A DNA stretch of 64,000 nucleotides from Auanema rhodensis (lineage: Eukaryota; Animalia; Nematoda), in assembly GCA_964057225.1 (NCBI GenBank), contig OZ059899.1, positions 7,068,001 to 7,132,000 on the forward strand, in the 5' to 3' direction. Positions within the stretch are counted from its first letter, which is position 1, and each line of letters starts with the position of its first letter. The notes beneath the pieces were generated by a model. The model searched no databases. It saw nothing but the letters and a program-made list of their open reading frames with translations, and was not told where the DNA came from. This document shows positions 1 through 14,100 of the stretch, one piece after another. The position numbers and the translations under genes were made by a program.

Positions 1-3000
1 CCGTCGTTTCCCTCTCTTTACGTCGTCGTCATTCTGTCTTCCTCGCTGACTTTCATCAACCGTTTTTCTTCATCCGAATTCCATCCTTTAACAATTCCAA
101 TACGCACACATACACATATCATCACTACCATCACAATCATCATCTACACACATACATACACGCACACATATAGCTATCCATGTACATAGGCTTGGCGAGC
201 TGACTCAGATCTTGATTCCGCCGATTACCATATCTGGATATTTGACGTGAGAATTATCGAAAGCATCATAGGTGCTGATGCCGTTCTATATATAGTTATC
301 TCGTTTGTCTAACTTTGAATATTCTTTTAGAAAGTTCAAAATCCAGAATAACTTGTTTCCCCCATTCCCCTCTCATCAGTCTCATTTTAAGACAACTGAT
401 TTCTATTTTCCTAACTCAAGATCTAACTGTTTTCTATAGTCTTTAGCTACTTACCTATCTTTTCCATTCATGTATTGTCGTTAATCATCCATACTACACC
501 TTTTACGTGTTAGCCGTGTTGTTGCGTACACTCAAGAACAACCATTATTCTTCATTTGTCGTCTTCGGTTTTTCATTCTCTTCAATTACTTGATCATCTT
601 ATACAAATTTTCTTACTTTACTTTCTTCACTATCTTCAATAACGACTTCTCATCCTCCTCTCTGGCAATTGATAGATTTGTTCCCTCTTACCCTTTTCTT
701 TCTCTTTCACTTCTAAGGCTATTTGCTGCTCTCTCTTTCACTCATTCCATTCACATTTCCACAGCCATAATGTGGGCGTGGTTTTGTTTCGCCACTGGGT
801 CCCGCCTATCCGTAGCTAATCGCACGACGCGACGGCGGAGCGCTCTGACGACGACGTTGATCGTCGTCAGCCTCCTTCTTCATCAGACCCCACCCCATTT
901 TCGATTTCCTTTTCTGATGCTCCTTAGTTCTTTCACCCTCTCATACTTCAAAACTTTCTCATCCTTCTCTTTGTATCTCTATGAGACTGTCTATTCATAA
1001 GACTATTTGCATCCGATATTGTCTGTCAATCTCTCGTTTACAAATGTTTTTTCTCTGATTATCTTGATGTTAGTAGTGCTCTCGCTATTATGCATCTTCT
1101 AAATCTATTATTCAATCATATTCCTAGCTCTAGCAATATCATCATCTCGAGAGAAAGTACAGCTAGTGTGATACGATGAACTGCCAGTCCATATGGCTAG
1201 GCTTACGAGCGCTCACAATAAATCCGCCAAGAATAGTATTTTATCATTTCCTTTCATATAATGAGACTTGAACACAAATTATAACTGTTATTCCAACGTT
1301 CTCATTGTTTTTATACTTCAAATCGTATTTTTCATTTTCTGTTTTTAACATCAAAAAATTACCAATCTGCCTTTTGACAATTCTTATATTCAGTTAACTA
1401 CTTCCATCCTATTTTGTCTGTCGTGTGTTATGTTCGTTCGGAATAATCATCTGAACATCAACCATCGTCATATACAAACGGCATTTATCATTTATTTCTT
1501 ATCCTTTTCTATTTTGAATCCAGTCTGCTTTCGCTTCTGATTCTCTCTTCCTTGTCTTCTCCCTTTCATATCCTTCATCTTTCTTGTACATTTCTTGGGC
1601 TTTTCCCCATTTATGGCTTATTCCGTAACACACTCTTTCACTTTCAGATTCTGCTTCTATTGCTTTCTTATTCTTCCTTCATCCTCTACCATCATATAGA
1701 TCTTTCTCTCTTATTCAATCAGTGAAAGAAACATCACTGTCGTTGTCGTCGTTTGCTGACGGCAGCATCATTCTACTCTACTCTTCCTCTCATTCTTTTC
1801 CTAAAGCCAGTTCCCAGTTCCTTCTTTTCGTCTTTTCACTTTCTTCACTTCACCTTGTCCTCTCACTTCCTTACTCTCCCTATCTCTCTTTCTGTCTTGC
1901 CGCCTGCATGTCACTGTTGCGTAACTTGTGTTGTGGCCCAACACGTTGGGCGCCTGAGGCACTGTTTAATGTCTCCCATAGTGATGTTCAATCTTTCGTA
2001 CTTCCAACTCCACGTTATCTACAAATTCCCATTCAATTCATCTATCCAACATAGCCACCAGGAAAGATGGTTCTTATACTCATTCTTTCTCGATGCTCCT
2101 TGTATCTTTCGTATCGCTTTGTCAGGATGACGTCGCCGGCTGTCGACTCATCGCCAGCTCGTCTTCTGTACAAAGGCTTATTTTTCTTCGCCCTTTATGG
2201 AAGTCATCGGCCTAGTCAGTCTTTTCTGTCTGTCATCTTTTGAAGTTTCTGTGGTTCAACTGTTTAGCTGTGTAACTATGGTTATACTCAGTTGTTCATC
2301 ATCATCATCGTCTTCAAAGCGTTTCAGCCTTCAGAATCCATATTTAACGCACACTTCAGTCATCAGTTTAGGATCTTACATCAAACATGAAATCCTTTTT
2401 TCCTTTTCTTCATCTTATTTTCAATACAAAAATGCTCTCTTTTTTTCTATCTCTTTCATTACTCTTCCCATTTTAGTCTTTCTTTCTCTCTTCCTCTCTA
2501 ATATAACCACTATCAGGCCACAATCTTTCAGATCCATAGACAATCTTTTTTCTCCTAATAATTCGTTGATAACAAATATTGTGTTTGAGCTATTGATTTT
2601 GAAACATCGAGGGTTAATATGAAAAAAGCCGGAGAATTAGAGAGAAGTACCAGAAAAATGATCAGTATCACCAACTATCGAGATAAGATGTATGTTTTCT
2701 TGATTTTCGAAGCATCACAATCACAGCTGATGATGGTATTATTGTGATCCTCCATACTACTTTTTTTAATCTTATGAATTCCTTCTACCTGTAATCTAAG
2801 AGAATAGTTCTACGAGTTGTTCTATTATCTTTTTTCTTTGAAAGAAAACCCAACTATCTATCTTACCTATCATTTCTTTAATATCATATAGATACTTGTC
2901 GATTTTAGGACTACCTGACACCCAATGACTCCAAATAGGACCAATCTTATCTGTTTTTCTGTTAACATAATTAATAGTATATATCTATATCTATGTTTTT

Positions 3001-3584
3001 TTTTAAAAAATAGAATATATTATATATAATAGTTTATTATATACTTTTTATTTTAATTTTTTGTTGTTATATACATATATACAGATATTGGCATGTTAAC
3101 AGGGTTAATCAGAGTCCGTTATAGAGAGAGAGAGGAGAGAGGGAATACAAGCCAAAAGTGATGATGAGCATGTAATAAATATATGCTAGACAGAATAAGA
3201 GTGAATGAGTTTGAAAGGGACCGATTACATTTGATCTTTTTCTCACTCTCCTGTTTGTCAATTGACTATCAAAACTGCTCCGGAGTATGCTGACCTCGAT
3301 CTTCTCCTTCTCATACAAGACTTGTCACTTCCCTATTAGGCTTGTTTTATCTTATCACATCCATACCTCTTGTCAGTCCTCTATCTTTATATATTTTGCT
3401 CTTTTGATTAAGCAGTTAGGTCATCCACTATCCCTATCGTTTGCAAACTTGTACAGCTTATCACATTCAGTTAATCCTCTATCAGTCTCACCATGTTGTT
3501 CACTTTTCCCAATATATTACTATCCTATACTAGTTAATTTTCTGTATTTTTTAATGCCAAAAATATTTATTAAATATATAATAG

Positions 3585-3611
<27 letters not shown>
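3585..3611. repeat. (TA)n microsatellite
   Basis: Direct reading. Confidence 0.85.
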
Positions 3612-3620
<9 letters not shown>

Positions 3621-5154
3621 AATATACATATATTACTATATAATTTCAAACTTATAACAATATAATTGATATATTTTATTCATCTTCTTCTTCTTATTAT
3701 TATTATTACTATTATTTTCATTAATTACTAAATTCATCAACATTTTATAGTTTTTCATCTGATTTAACTATTCAACTATTAGTTGTTTATACTGTATGTA
3801 TATGTATATCAAATATCCGCTTTCAACATCAATTTGTCTCCCCCCCCCCTTCTCTTCTCAATGATGTGTATGTGTATGTATGGGACGTATCATTCTTCCT
3901 GCCGATTTTCAATGAGAGTTTGTTATCTCCTCTAGTTAGTAACCTTTCCCGGAAATGTTTAATTCATGGGATTTTGCTCCCTGATTTGAATGTTTATCGT
4001 ATCCTCCACTTACCGTCTTTCTCTCTATCTCTTTCACTCACTCACTTTTTTCTCCGCCCAGCTACCGACCATTCCTGTCTCTTTGTATTTTCTCTTTTCT
4101 CCTCTATTCTCTCAGTTCCTCTCACTTTTTCTCTTTTTCAATACCTTTCTATCTACCTCTATCGCTCTTTTCTCACTTTTTGGCTGTGCTAGCTCGTCGA
4201 CGCATTGGATTACAAATCAGTCAGTCCTGGTCCTGGAGCGATTGCAGGTACAGCCAGATACGTATAGACCGAAGCACATAGATAGATGCTACCATCGTAC
4301 AGATAGCTCTGACTAAGCACACTTCTTATGCCTTTCTGATTAAAGTTCTTCATCACTTGTAGTTATCTAGCTTTATCACATGTCATTTGGCCAGCTTGTT
4401 CACTTCATGCAACTGTTTGAACATTCTTTACCACATATATTCACGCATATCACATAACGATGACAATGATGGTAGCCCTGTCAGTCAGTCAGTTTGATCT
4501 TTTTTCTTTTTTTGATACAGCTGCTAGTGCCGTCGACGTATTAGCTTCAGCCCCCTCCTTTCTCTACATCACCTCATCCTAAACCTGTTATGTATTCGCC
4601 TTCGTCTTCATCATCTCTCTCTCACTTACCCCTTCCCCCCCCTTCTTTTCTTACTCTCTCCTTTATTTTCTTCAATCTATTTCTCTCGGTTTTACTTTCT
4701 TTCTCACTCTTATCTGTATTTTGTGCCTTCTGATCTTTTCAGTCCAACATCTCATCGTTTCCTCTACCTCGTAACCTTCTTGGCTTGCCATTTATGGCAT
4801 ACACATAGCCCAAACAGCTTCCTCCATCGTTCTCCTCTAACTCCTCCCCCTTCTTCTTCCAACTGCCAGCCCCCCCCCCCACCTTTTCTCTTACTCTCTC
4901 TTTTCTCTCTCTCGACAAGCTCCGCCCAATTGCCCGACACCTAAGCCCATCCCCTCAGATCCTTTTGCGGGTTAAGCCTTCTGCCCAAATACCATCAGAC
5001 TTCGTGCACACATTCAGCTACACTAGCTCATTCACATTCTACTATTATACAGTATATTCAATTATTATTGTTTTATAACTATTACATCTAGTATATATAT
5101 AGATAGACATATTCTTTTTCATATTCTTTATTCTTTTTTATATATTTTCTTATT

Positions 5155-5169
5155 CTTTTGCTATTATAG
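5155..5169 (+). promoter_or_regulatory. 3' splice acceptor directly abutting the dve-1 ATG (probable SL trans-splice site, or acceptor for a non-coding 5' exon)
   Basis: A T-rich tract ending ...ctattatag|ATG at 5169/5170. No upstream coding exon is needed, since the protein starts at the conserved MFP N-terminus. Confidence 0.6.
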
Positions 5170-8100
5170 ATGTTCCCCGTACGGGTGGCCGTGGAAACGG
5201 TCCGTACGCAGAACTGTTTGACATGCGCCAGCGACGGCCATATCCTTATCGATACTTATGCCATTGTTTCTGGAACAACTTTACTGAATCAACTTGTTGA
5301 TACAGTTCTTTCTGCTCTTGGACATCCGCAGCTCGCATTGAATGCTAAAGGTACGAGTTTTTAATATCTTGTCTATATTAACCTATTGATATCAATATTT
5401 ATTATCAGAGTTAAATTTGTTATAATTTATATGCTAGAAGATGATATATCTTGTTCTTCAATCATAGTTTGCCCTGCTTTTTGTTATAATTCTCTGAGAT
5501 TGTTCTATGCTCTACTGTTTCTCATATATAATATTGACTTCGATCCGAGTATAGGCAACGAAAGCTTCCACAAAAAAAAAGTGAAAATGTATGTGAAGAA
5601 GTTACAAATCTTTGAACCGTTCCACTACATTTCGTTGTCAACTATTGCTATGCTTAGTTCGTTTCTAACTATTCGTCGCCCTCTTTTCATCAATTTACAT
5701 GGTACGGGGGGTGCTTGTCATCGTTATTCAATCTGATCATCATCCACTTGCCATAGCTGACAATTTTTACATGACGATTATAACGATGACGACAAGAAAC
5801 AGCAAAGACGGCGCTCATGATGATGTTGATGCTGATGATGCTGATGATGATGCTGATGATGATGATGACTATTGGAATCTTTTGCTTTCTACCATATTTG
5901 CCGAGATACTAGCTCAAATTCTAGGCATATTTCCTATTTTTTCGGCTTCTTATGTTATGATGTCTGTATGCGTCATATTTCAATCAGATTGACGACATCG
6001 TCAGCCCATCTAAACACAATGACAACTTCAACTTGACTTGCTCGATGACGGTATTGTCTTCTCATTCTATTAGCAGCATTGTCATCATTAGTATGTTGAT
6101 CTGCTCATAAACCGTCTTTTCCTCTATCAATAATTCATACATTCTTAGCTCTACCGATTAACAGATATTGCCATGTGATTCGGATCATTTTTGTTTTGTG
6201 AAAATGATAGAGACGAAAATCATTCTAAGTTTTCAATACTTTCTCCCTACCCAAATATATGTGAAGCTCAAATATACAGAATATAACTTATGAGAATAGA
6301 TTGTATGATGAAATGACGGTCCAAAAACAAATTTTAGCTGGTGGACTACTGATTATTGTGTGAAAATTGAGTCTTGTCTTCTCTTTGCTCTCTACTTTTC
6401 TCTTTATTCTTTCAGTTTTCCATTCATTTCTCTCACTTCTTTTCTTCCTTTTATGTCACACACCAATTTGCTGTTTACAAAACAAACAAATTGATTAATC
6501 ATTTAAGATATTAGCAATTTTTTCAATTTTTAGCCATATTAGTAGTCGTCTTCTTAAGTTGGAAAGAGAAGATTATTAAGTATTATTTAAAGTTTGTTGA
6601 AAAACTCATAAGACTTGGTCCTAAATGTTTTTGCATCATCATCTAATAATCTCAAAAGTTTTTATTTTTCTTTTCAAACCTGATCATCGCTTTCTTCATC
6701 ATCATCAACAGCAGCAGCAGCAACAGAAACAGCAACATGAAAACGATGATTACTTTTCTTCAGATTTCATTCCGTTTTCTCTTACAATTTTTATGGCTTC
6801 TGGACTGATCTTGCTATCAATGGCTGATTAGGTCAAACTAGATATCAGGTTATCATTTGATCCTGCCATCTATTTCATTGAAATTTTCATCGTTCTTCCC
6901 CCTCTAGTTCAAATAGAATGAAAGAGAAAACAACAGATAACTTGAGTAAGTCTTCTGATGATATGATTAGCTCTGTAGAACAATAGGATAGTCTATCTGA
7001 AGTAGAAAAATAGCATTAATGACATTTAATCATGTTCTGAAAACGATAGAGTTGTCGTCGGCACTGTATGAGTATAGTCCGATGATACCGACGACACTTA
7101 AGTAAGTTTTTGATGATCATCATCAAAGAGCTATCGAAAATCGAATATTACACCAATGTCTTTTGGCATGTCTCTTGAAGTCAGTTTCGTTGTCCCGGCT
7201 ATTGTTCCATCCAGTCTCTCAATCATCAAATCACGTGATATCATCTGTCAATTACAATCTCTAATTTGCCTTTTTTTGGCATAGTGAAAGCGATTAAGAT
7301 AGCTGTCATCATCATCATGTATACAAATAGTATACGAAGAAGACGTCGTTTTCGATAGTGAGCGAACGATAATCTTCTGTCTGGGACAGATTCATGCCAT
7401 CAGACGAGACTGGAACCGCCATCCATACAAATCCACCATAACAACAGGTTATATTGTTGTCGTTTAAGACTTCACAAGCCTCAAGACTATTGGTAAGAGC
7501 GAGACCGTCGGGGGTTAAGGATGACGAGATGAGATGGCATGTATAGATGATTGAGCGGAACAGAAAAGTAAAAGGAATGTTCGGCAATTGAGGGGGGATG
7601 GGGACTTGATGCTGTGTATGGTAAGGGGTTTTACGAGGGAATTGTCAAGTCTAAACTATGCCAGTATCTAAAGATTGAAGTCTGCATAGAAGGATTGTAC
7701 TGAAACTTTCATTAGCACTTTCTCTCTCTTAATCTACAAATTTATCGTTCAGCTTTTTGATTTTAGAATCGGATATGGTGCCAGTTGGTGTCAAACGCCC
7801 TTGCCATGTCCGATTATCCATGTGTCGTCGTCTTCAAATCATCTTCTTTCAGTCCTTTTCAGATTTTCTTTCTCTCTCTTTATAATATTTATCCTTAGCA
7901 TTTTCTTTTTTTTGTATTTCCTTTTACTTTCTTTTTCCTCTTATATTCTCTCTTTCTCTTTCTTTTCTTTCATCTTTCTTTCGTTTTCACTTGTTATAGC
8001 TTATTTTCTCTTAGCCGGATTTCAATGCGCCAAGGGCAGACAAGTGAAAGCTTGTTCCCGTTTTCACTGCGTAAGAATTGAAACACGTTCTTCCTTGAAA

Positions 8101-11100
8101 ACGGCTTAAGCTAAAGCATCTGTTACGTAGTTTGGCAGATTTGGAAAAGAAATAACCGAGGGAATCTTCTATTACCTTTTCAAGGCGCGAATTTCAAAAA
8201 TGATTATCCCCCCAAGGTGCTCGATTCTGATCGTTTTGAAAGATTAGAACGTCAGTCAAGTAAACTGTATTTTAGTAAATTTGAAGGACAAATTAGAGCT
8301 AAAAGATATAAAGTTGTTTCAAATAGCTCTGTATATGCTCGAGGATTGATTGCAAATGTTGTACAACAAAGTCCGGATAGCTATAATCTCCGACACCGAA
8401 ATTTCTTTTTTGAAATGTCGCAATGTAACTTAGTTGGCATTTCGTATACAAATCCGTCGAAACTATCCAGATAACACGATTCAGAGGAATGCGAATGGCC
8501 TTCAACTATAGCTATAGAATACGATCTGAAGTCGTTTTCCTTAGATGAACATGATGATTCATTGGGATCGAACATCCGAGTCACAGAGCGAGCGGAGCAT
8601 CGTAGAGAATAGAGAAGATAGATGTAAAAATGAAAATGAGGGAAAGAAAGAATATAAAGATAATAAAAGAATCGTTTTATTTTTCTTTTTTTCTGATTTT
8701 GTCTATATCGTCTTCTTCTATTCTTCACAACTTCTACAATTTTTGTTTTGTTTGGCCACACATCCAATACAACAAACCAACGCTACAATCATTCGTCGCT
8801 TCTGTGCTCGGTTTCCATATTTGACGAGTCGACTTTAAAAAATCTATTTCTATAGAATTGAATCAATATTCGTTTGAGGAGTTGGCTTTCAGCAAGTAAA
8901 AGTTGCCAGCGTATCTTTAGAAAATAGCTAGTATAGTTAGGAAGATACGGAGAAAGTGGGATAGATAAAGAGAATACAAGCTATTTCCGGTATTAAAATG
9001 CAAAAGCTTATTAAATTTGATAATGTACAATGCTAAATAACGCCCAAAACGTATACATTTGGCCTCTTTCATATGTTATGTACTATCAGGCAATTCTCGT
9101 CAACTTCTTTATCTACTCTCTCATTGTCTTTGTTACTTGATGACAATCCCAATTTCCTTTTTTTGAGACAAGTTTCCAGCTCTCTGCATCTTTCTATTTC
9201 TTCCTCCTATATGTTGTCTTTCTCCATATATTTCATATCATCTATCTAATTTGTAATCAACAGCTGTTTCTGAGCACGTGTACTGACACGAATAGCAAGT
9301 ATGATAGACCGCACTGTTCTGTTCAAAAAGGGGTGGGAAGAAGAGAATTGAGTTGTGACAGTTGAAATACAAAAAGTAGTGGATTTCAGCTGGTCTTCGT
9401 TCTGTTGTCTGATTCTCTTTCTCTTATTCCAGTCTTGCTTCTTGTCCTTCTCTTCTACATCTACCGTATCCACAAGAGGTAGAGTTAAGAGGAAAAGAGA
9501 ATAGAAAAGATAGAGAGAACGAGAGATGCAAAGAGAGCAAGGTAGTAGAAGGCCTCTGACAATCCCGAGACTGGATGGAGAAATGGTTGAATTAGAAGAA
9601 AAGGACGAAGAGGTAGAGGAAAACCGGGGCGGAAAATAGAATACAAAGATGGTTGGGATGGATTGATGGCAAACTGCTGAAGTACCAGCTAACAAGAAAA
9701 TAGAACTGTTCGGTAAAGTAGACAAGGGAAAGTATTTTTCATCTGAAAATAACATAAGATGGAGTATACATGAAGATGACGATGATGACATGCGCTATGC
9801 CAATCGCAATTATCTCCGTCTGAGGTCTCGCATCTTCATCATCTTGTTGGCTTGTTATGGAATATAGTTTTCCATTTACTTCTTTTTGCTATATTATGTA
9901 ATTTTCTCTTTTCCTTCTAATGTCTCTCTTTCACTCCCTCTTTCTCTAGTTCTTCCAAAAATGTATTGAAGACGACATCAACGACGGTGGCTTTTTGCCT
10001 GAGCTAGTCATCTTCTTCTCGTTCTTTCGTCATTCTACACATCTAGCATTCTCTCAATCCTTTACAGTCTCGCTCTTTAGCTATTTCTGCCATATTTTCC
10101 TTATATGGTATTTGGAGGTGAATAGATAGATAGATAGAGAAAGTGAAGAAAAAATATGAAATAGTATGAGAAAAATGATGGCAGACATCTAAGGGAAACA
10201 GAGAAATAGTGGCTGTTCTCATGTTATGTGGATGGCTGCTGCTGATTAGGAAACCTGTTCGCCAAGGGGGCTGCCTGCTGGCAGAATACTCGAGTCTTTC
10301 CTAATACAGACGAATCTTCTCTGTCTAGCTGTCTGACATCTCTTATAATTGAGCTGTATTCTTCTTCATCTGTCTGTATTTCCCCCTTCTCAACCGAATA
10401 AACTAACCGTGTGATCACACAGGGGTCGATCAGAAGAAAACATTACTAAAGTTACAAGATTGAGGGAGCGGCCTTCGAAAGACTTTAGAAGATTTTTGTC
10501 CTTTGCGTCGTGCACATGTTGTTAGTTCCATATTCAGTTAGCGTTTGATCATAGCATATCGCCATCGTCTGCTGATGTTACATACTGGATTATCATCTCT
10601 GCTTACAATCTCATTTCAGCTTTATCCAAAGTTTATTTGAAAAAATGAACAGTTACTCTGCTTTCATATACTGCTTCAAGCTATATCTTTAATAGATTGT
10701 ACCTCAGTTTGAGACAAACATGGTCATATTACAAAACGTCTCCAACCTGTTCTAACCGGCTTTCGTTGTCTAGTCAAGCCAAGCACTTGTTAGAAAAGAA
10801 AAAGGAAAGAGGAGGGGCTGTAGATTGTCGATTTCACGAGATTAGAGACATTTGGCAGATTGAAAATGAAAGTTGTGTACGATAACAAGAAGCAGAATAA
10901 GAAGAAGAAGAAGGGGAAAGAAGAAGATGACGATGATAATGGCGACGTCGTCAACCAAGTAGAAGAAACATACAGAAGATAGAAAAAGATAGTAATAGGC
11001 TAGCCTAAATGACACACAAAGAACATCTTATAGAAAAATAGAACAGAATTACTTTACAGATGTTTTTTTCTGCTTAACTATTTCATATCATCTCATCGTT

Positions 11101-14100
11101 TTATTTATCGAATATCTAAAAGTTAAGAATACAACATCTTGCCCTGCAGATTCGATAACAATCTGCTTTGCTATGATCGTACTTTCAACAGTTTCAATAG
11201 AAAAGGACCACCAACATCAGTAAAATCCAGCTGTTCATTTGTGTTTGAATGGTGAGAAAAAAATGGGAAAATCACATTGTTTTTTCGGGAAAAAATGACA
11301 CAGTCTTGTTCATCTTCTGTTTTTTGCAGTTTTGTCGGTCTTTCCTGCTTCACAAATTTTTGGCTCTTTCAATACAAAAGATGTGTGAAAGAAGCCGAAG
11401 CCGACATTCAGATCGTCAAAAGTGTTGGAACCGATTGAACACAAGAAATATTTTGAATAGGTTGAATAGAGCGCATCATCGACATCATCACCGTTACTGT
11501 CATCATCATAGCCATCCATCTGGAGAAGCAATAGTCAGACGTTAAGGCAGCATCGTCATATTAGTGGAACCTTCTGTTCCTCACTCACACACACATTTTT
11601 TCATTTCTTTTCATTGCATTTGCAATTCTTCCCAATCTTCAGCTACTTCTTTTATGCTGATGGTGATCAAAGGATTGGAAACAGAAGAAGAAAGAAATCA
11701 GATCTGATTCAATGTATCAAATGAATTGTAAAGAATACGAGCTGTTGAACTTCTTCCATAGTTTCCAAAATGAAATTCTGTGCTATTACTGATCATCTTT
11801 TTTTGGATCTGAATTCTACACTTTCACGAACAAACTTCTGTCTGTTTTCTTTTCACAGACTCATACACATATTGTATTCATTGACGATGTGTCGAAGTAA
11901 ACGATGTATACGTGTACAGCATGTATGTATGTTCAGAATCTGGAGACAATGTAATCTGATGAGACAAAGTAGCACGAATGTCTCAAGACACAGGCTTCAT
12001 CGTTATTTTGTCAGCAGTTGGTGTAGTCAAGCAAACAGTGGCTTTTGATGAGCCGCTTTAAAGTTTGCTGATCATCCATAAAGCACAACGACAACGACGT
12101 CGAAGCTTTTCGATGTCTGTATTTTTGAAACCAACAATCGATAATCTTGAAACAAACTGTTAATCTATTTCATGTTATAATCGGAATTAATTTGAAAAAA
12201 GCCGTTATACTTACCCAGCTGTTAGTTTCGATCGTTAGCAAACTTTATGAAAATGAAACTTTTGTGGAGATGAGGATGGGGAATGCGACCGGAGCTACAT
12301 AAAGTCAGAGACAAATATAAATAAAAACAAAAATAATCATCATTATATCATATAAATTTATATAATTTAACTTAACTATATTATAATATTAATATCGATA
12401 TCAATATATTACATTTATTTGAATTAATTAATTATTTATATTATTTTTTTCAGGTCTTGTTCAAGTTAACAACTGGAAAGCTCTACCATTTGATCAAATT
12501 ACTGATAATCTAGAGGATACAGTTCACAGTCTATTTAAAGATATTGCCAATCAAATCACACTCCGAATACTTACTAAGCCGTGAGTTTTACTTTCAAGTT
12601 GAGAAAAAGATCTCAAAGGTTGTGACTTACTTCAAAATATTTTCCTGTTCATCCTTTACAAATACATTTGCTTGAAAAAAAACAAGAAAAATGCTATTCC
12701 TTTTCAAAATTGTCAACTTTATAACCAGCAAAACGTTCCTACTCTTTAAATACTTCATGTTCAAGTTTGTGTTCAATAGTTCCAGCTCAACCAGACATCT
12801 GTTTTTCTTTTCCATTTTGCTCATTTCGAAGTGTAAATTTGACAGACTGAGAAATGTAAGGTGACATTGAAAGAGAATTGTGAGAGTTTATCTGGTTGCT
12901 ACAGAAGACTCGTCAGCTCGTTCGTATCGTTCGACTTTTGTCCTGCTCAGCCGTCTGAATTTATGCTATGTCTCTGTGTATCTTCTATTGAAATACTTTG
13001 CACACCTTTTCTCTCTTTACTTCTTTCTCTCTTCTATATTCTGTTCGAAGGCTCCAAGCTTATCCAAACACATGTTCTGTTCTCTCATTCCATAGATTGT
13101 CCTCATGTGCTTTGAGCCCATCGTCTAAAGTTGACGAAGAAAAGAGGAAAGTTGTCGATCGCAACTCATGTAACTGCCTTTAGTATTTCTTATGGGTCTT
13201 CATAACCTTATCCCTCATGTTGTCTGTTCATTCGAAATCTCTTGTTGATACACAGTATTTCGACTATTTGCCAGTTCACGGAGACATGTTTGTATGACAG
13301 CTCTACTTGGTTGCCTTGTGTTCTATGAGCTCCATTTCTTCTTTCTTTCTCTACCTCTATATCATCTCTCTTTCTCTCTCTCTATTAGCTTGGGTTTTAT
13401 CGTTCTTTACATTCATGACTGTATCTGACTTGGAGAGGGGTGGGCAAAATATACGAGACAGATCTTTTCCACATCCCATTTGCTTGTCGAAGCCTCGTCC
13501 CGCCTCACTTACCGTAATCCCTTCATCGTCTGTGAAGCATAGCGCTGTGCTCCGTGTATTTAACGGATCAGGAGCTCAGAAAGCTCAGGTAGAAAGAGGA
13601 CAGGGACACACAAAAATTGAGAGATAGATTCGAAAACTGTGAACAGAAGTTAGGCTACATTATAATTTGAGGGACCAACTAGGTGAAATCTTCTGAGCTG
13701 GTGAATCATCCGATACGACATGGTCTTGTCTGATTCAACCTTTTATTATCTATACAACAGACCTATGTCTTATAGAACTATGGGAAGACATAGAGAAGAC
13801 AATATGTTCTGAGATCTGAAGCCAATAACAGCAATCATCAGTGTTATTGGCTGAATACGGAACATAGATCGTATGACAGTCATAATCATGTCTTGTCTCA
13901 TGGTGCAATTAAGCCAATTAGAGCGACATCATTCACTAGGATTTGGCTTAGAAATTTCTGAAATAAATACTATATAGTGTATAGTATATAGTATATAGTA
14001 TATAGTATATAATATAATTTATTGATTTAATATTTTTATTATTCCTTCTGAATCAAATTGAATTGGAAAAGTGGTGTCAAGAGATTGGGGGAATTGAAAA

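Noticed and set aside
590-4944. Many Phe/Ser/Leu-rich ORFs upstream of dve-1, and similar ORFs throughout the introns
   Set aside because: These are translations of CT/T-rich low-complexity non-coding DNA, with no domain motifs or exon structure.
5699-6831. Poly-Asp and poly-His/Gln ORFs in dve-1 intron 1
   Set aside because: They arise from trinucleotide microsatellites. Exons 1 and 2 join in frame within the conserved COMPASS domain without them.
9246-9791. 181-aa minus-strand ORF in a locally purine-rich block
   Set aside because: Low-complexity translation with no recognisable family or splice structure. An antisense transcript cannot be supported from sequence alone.
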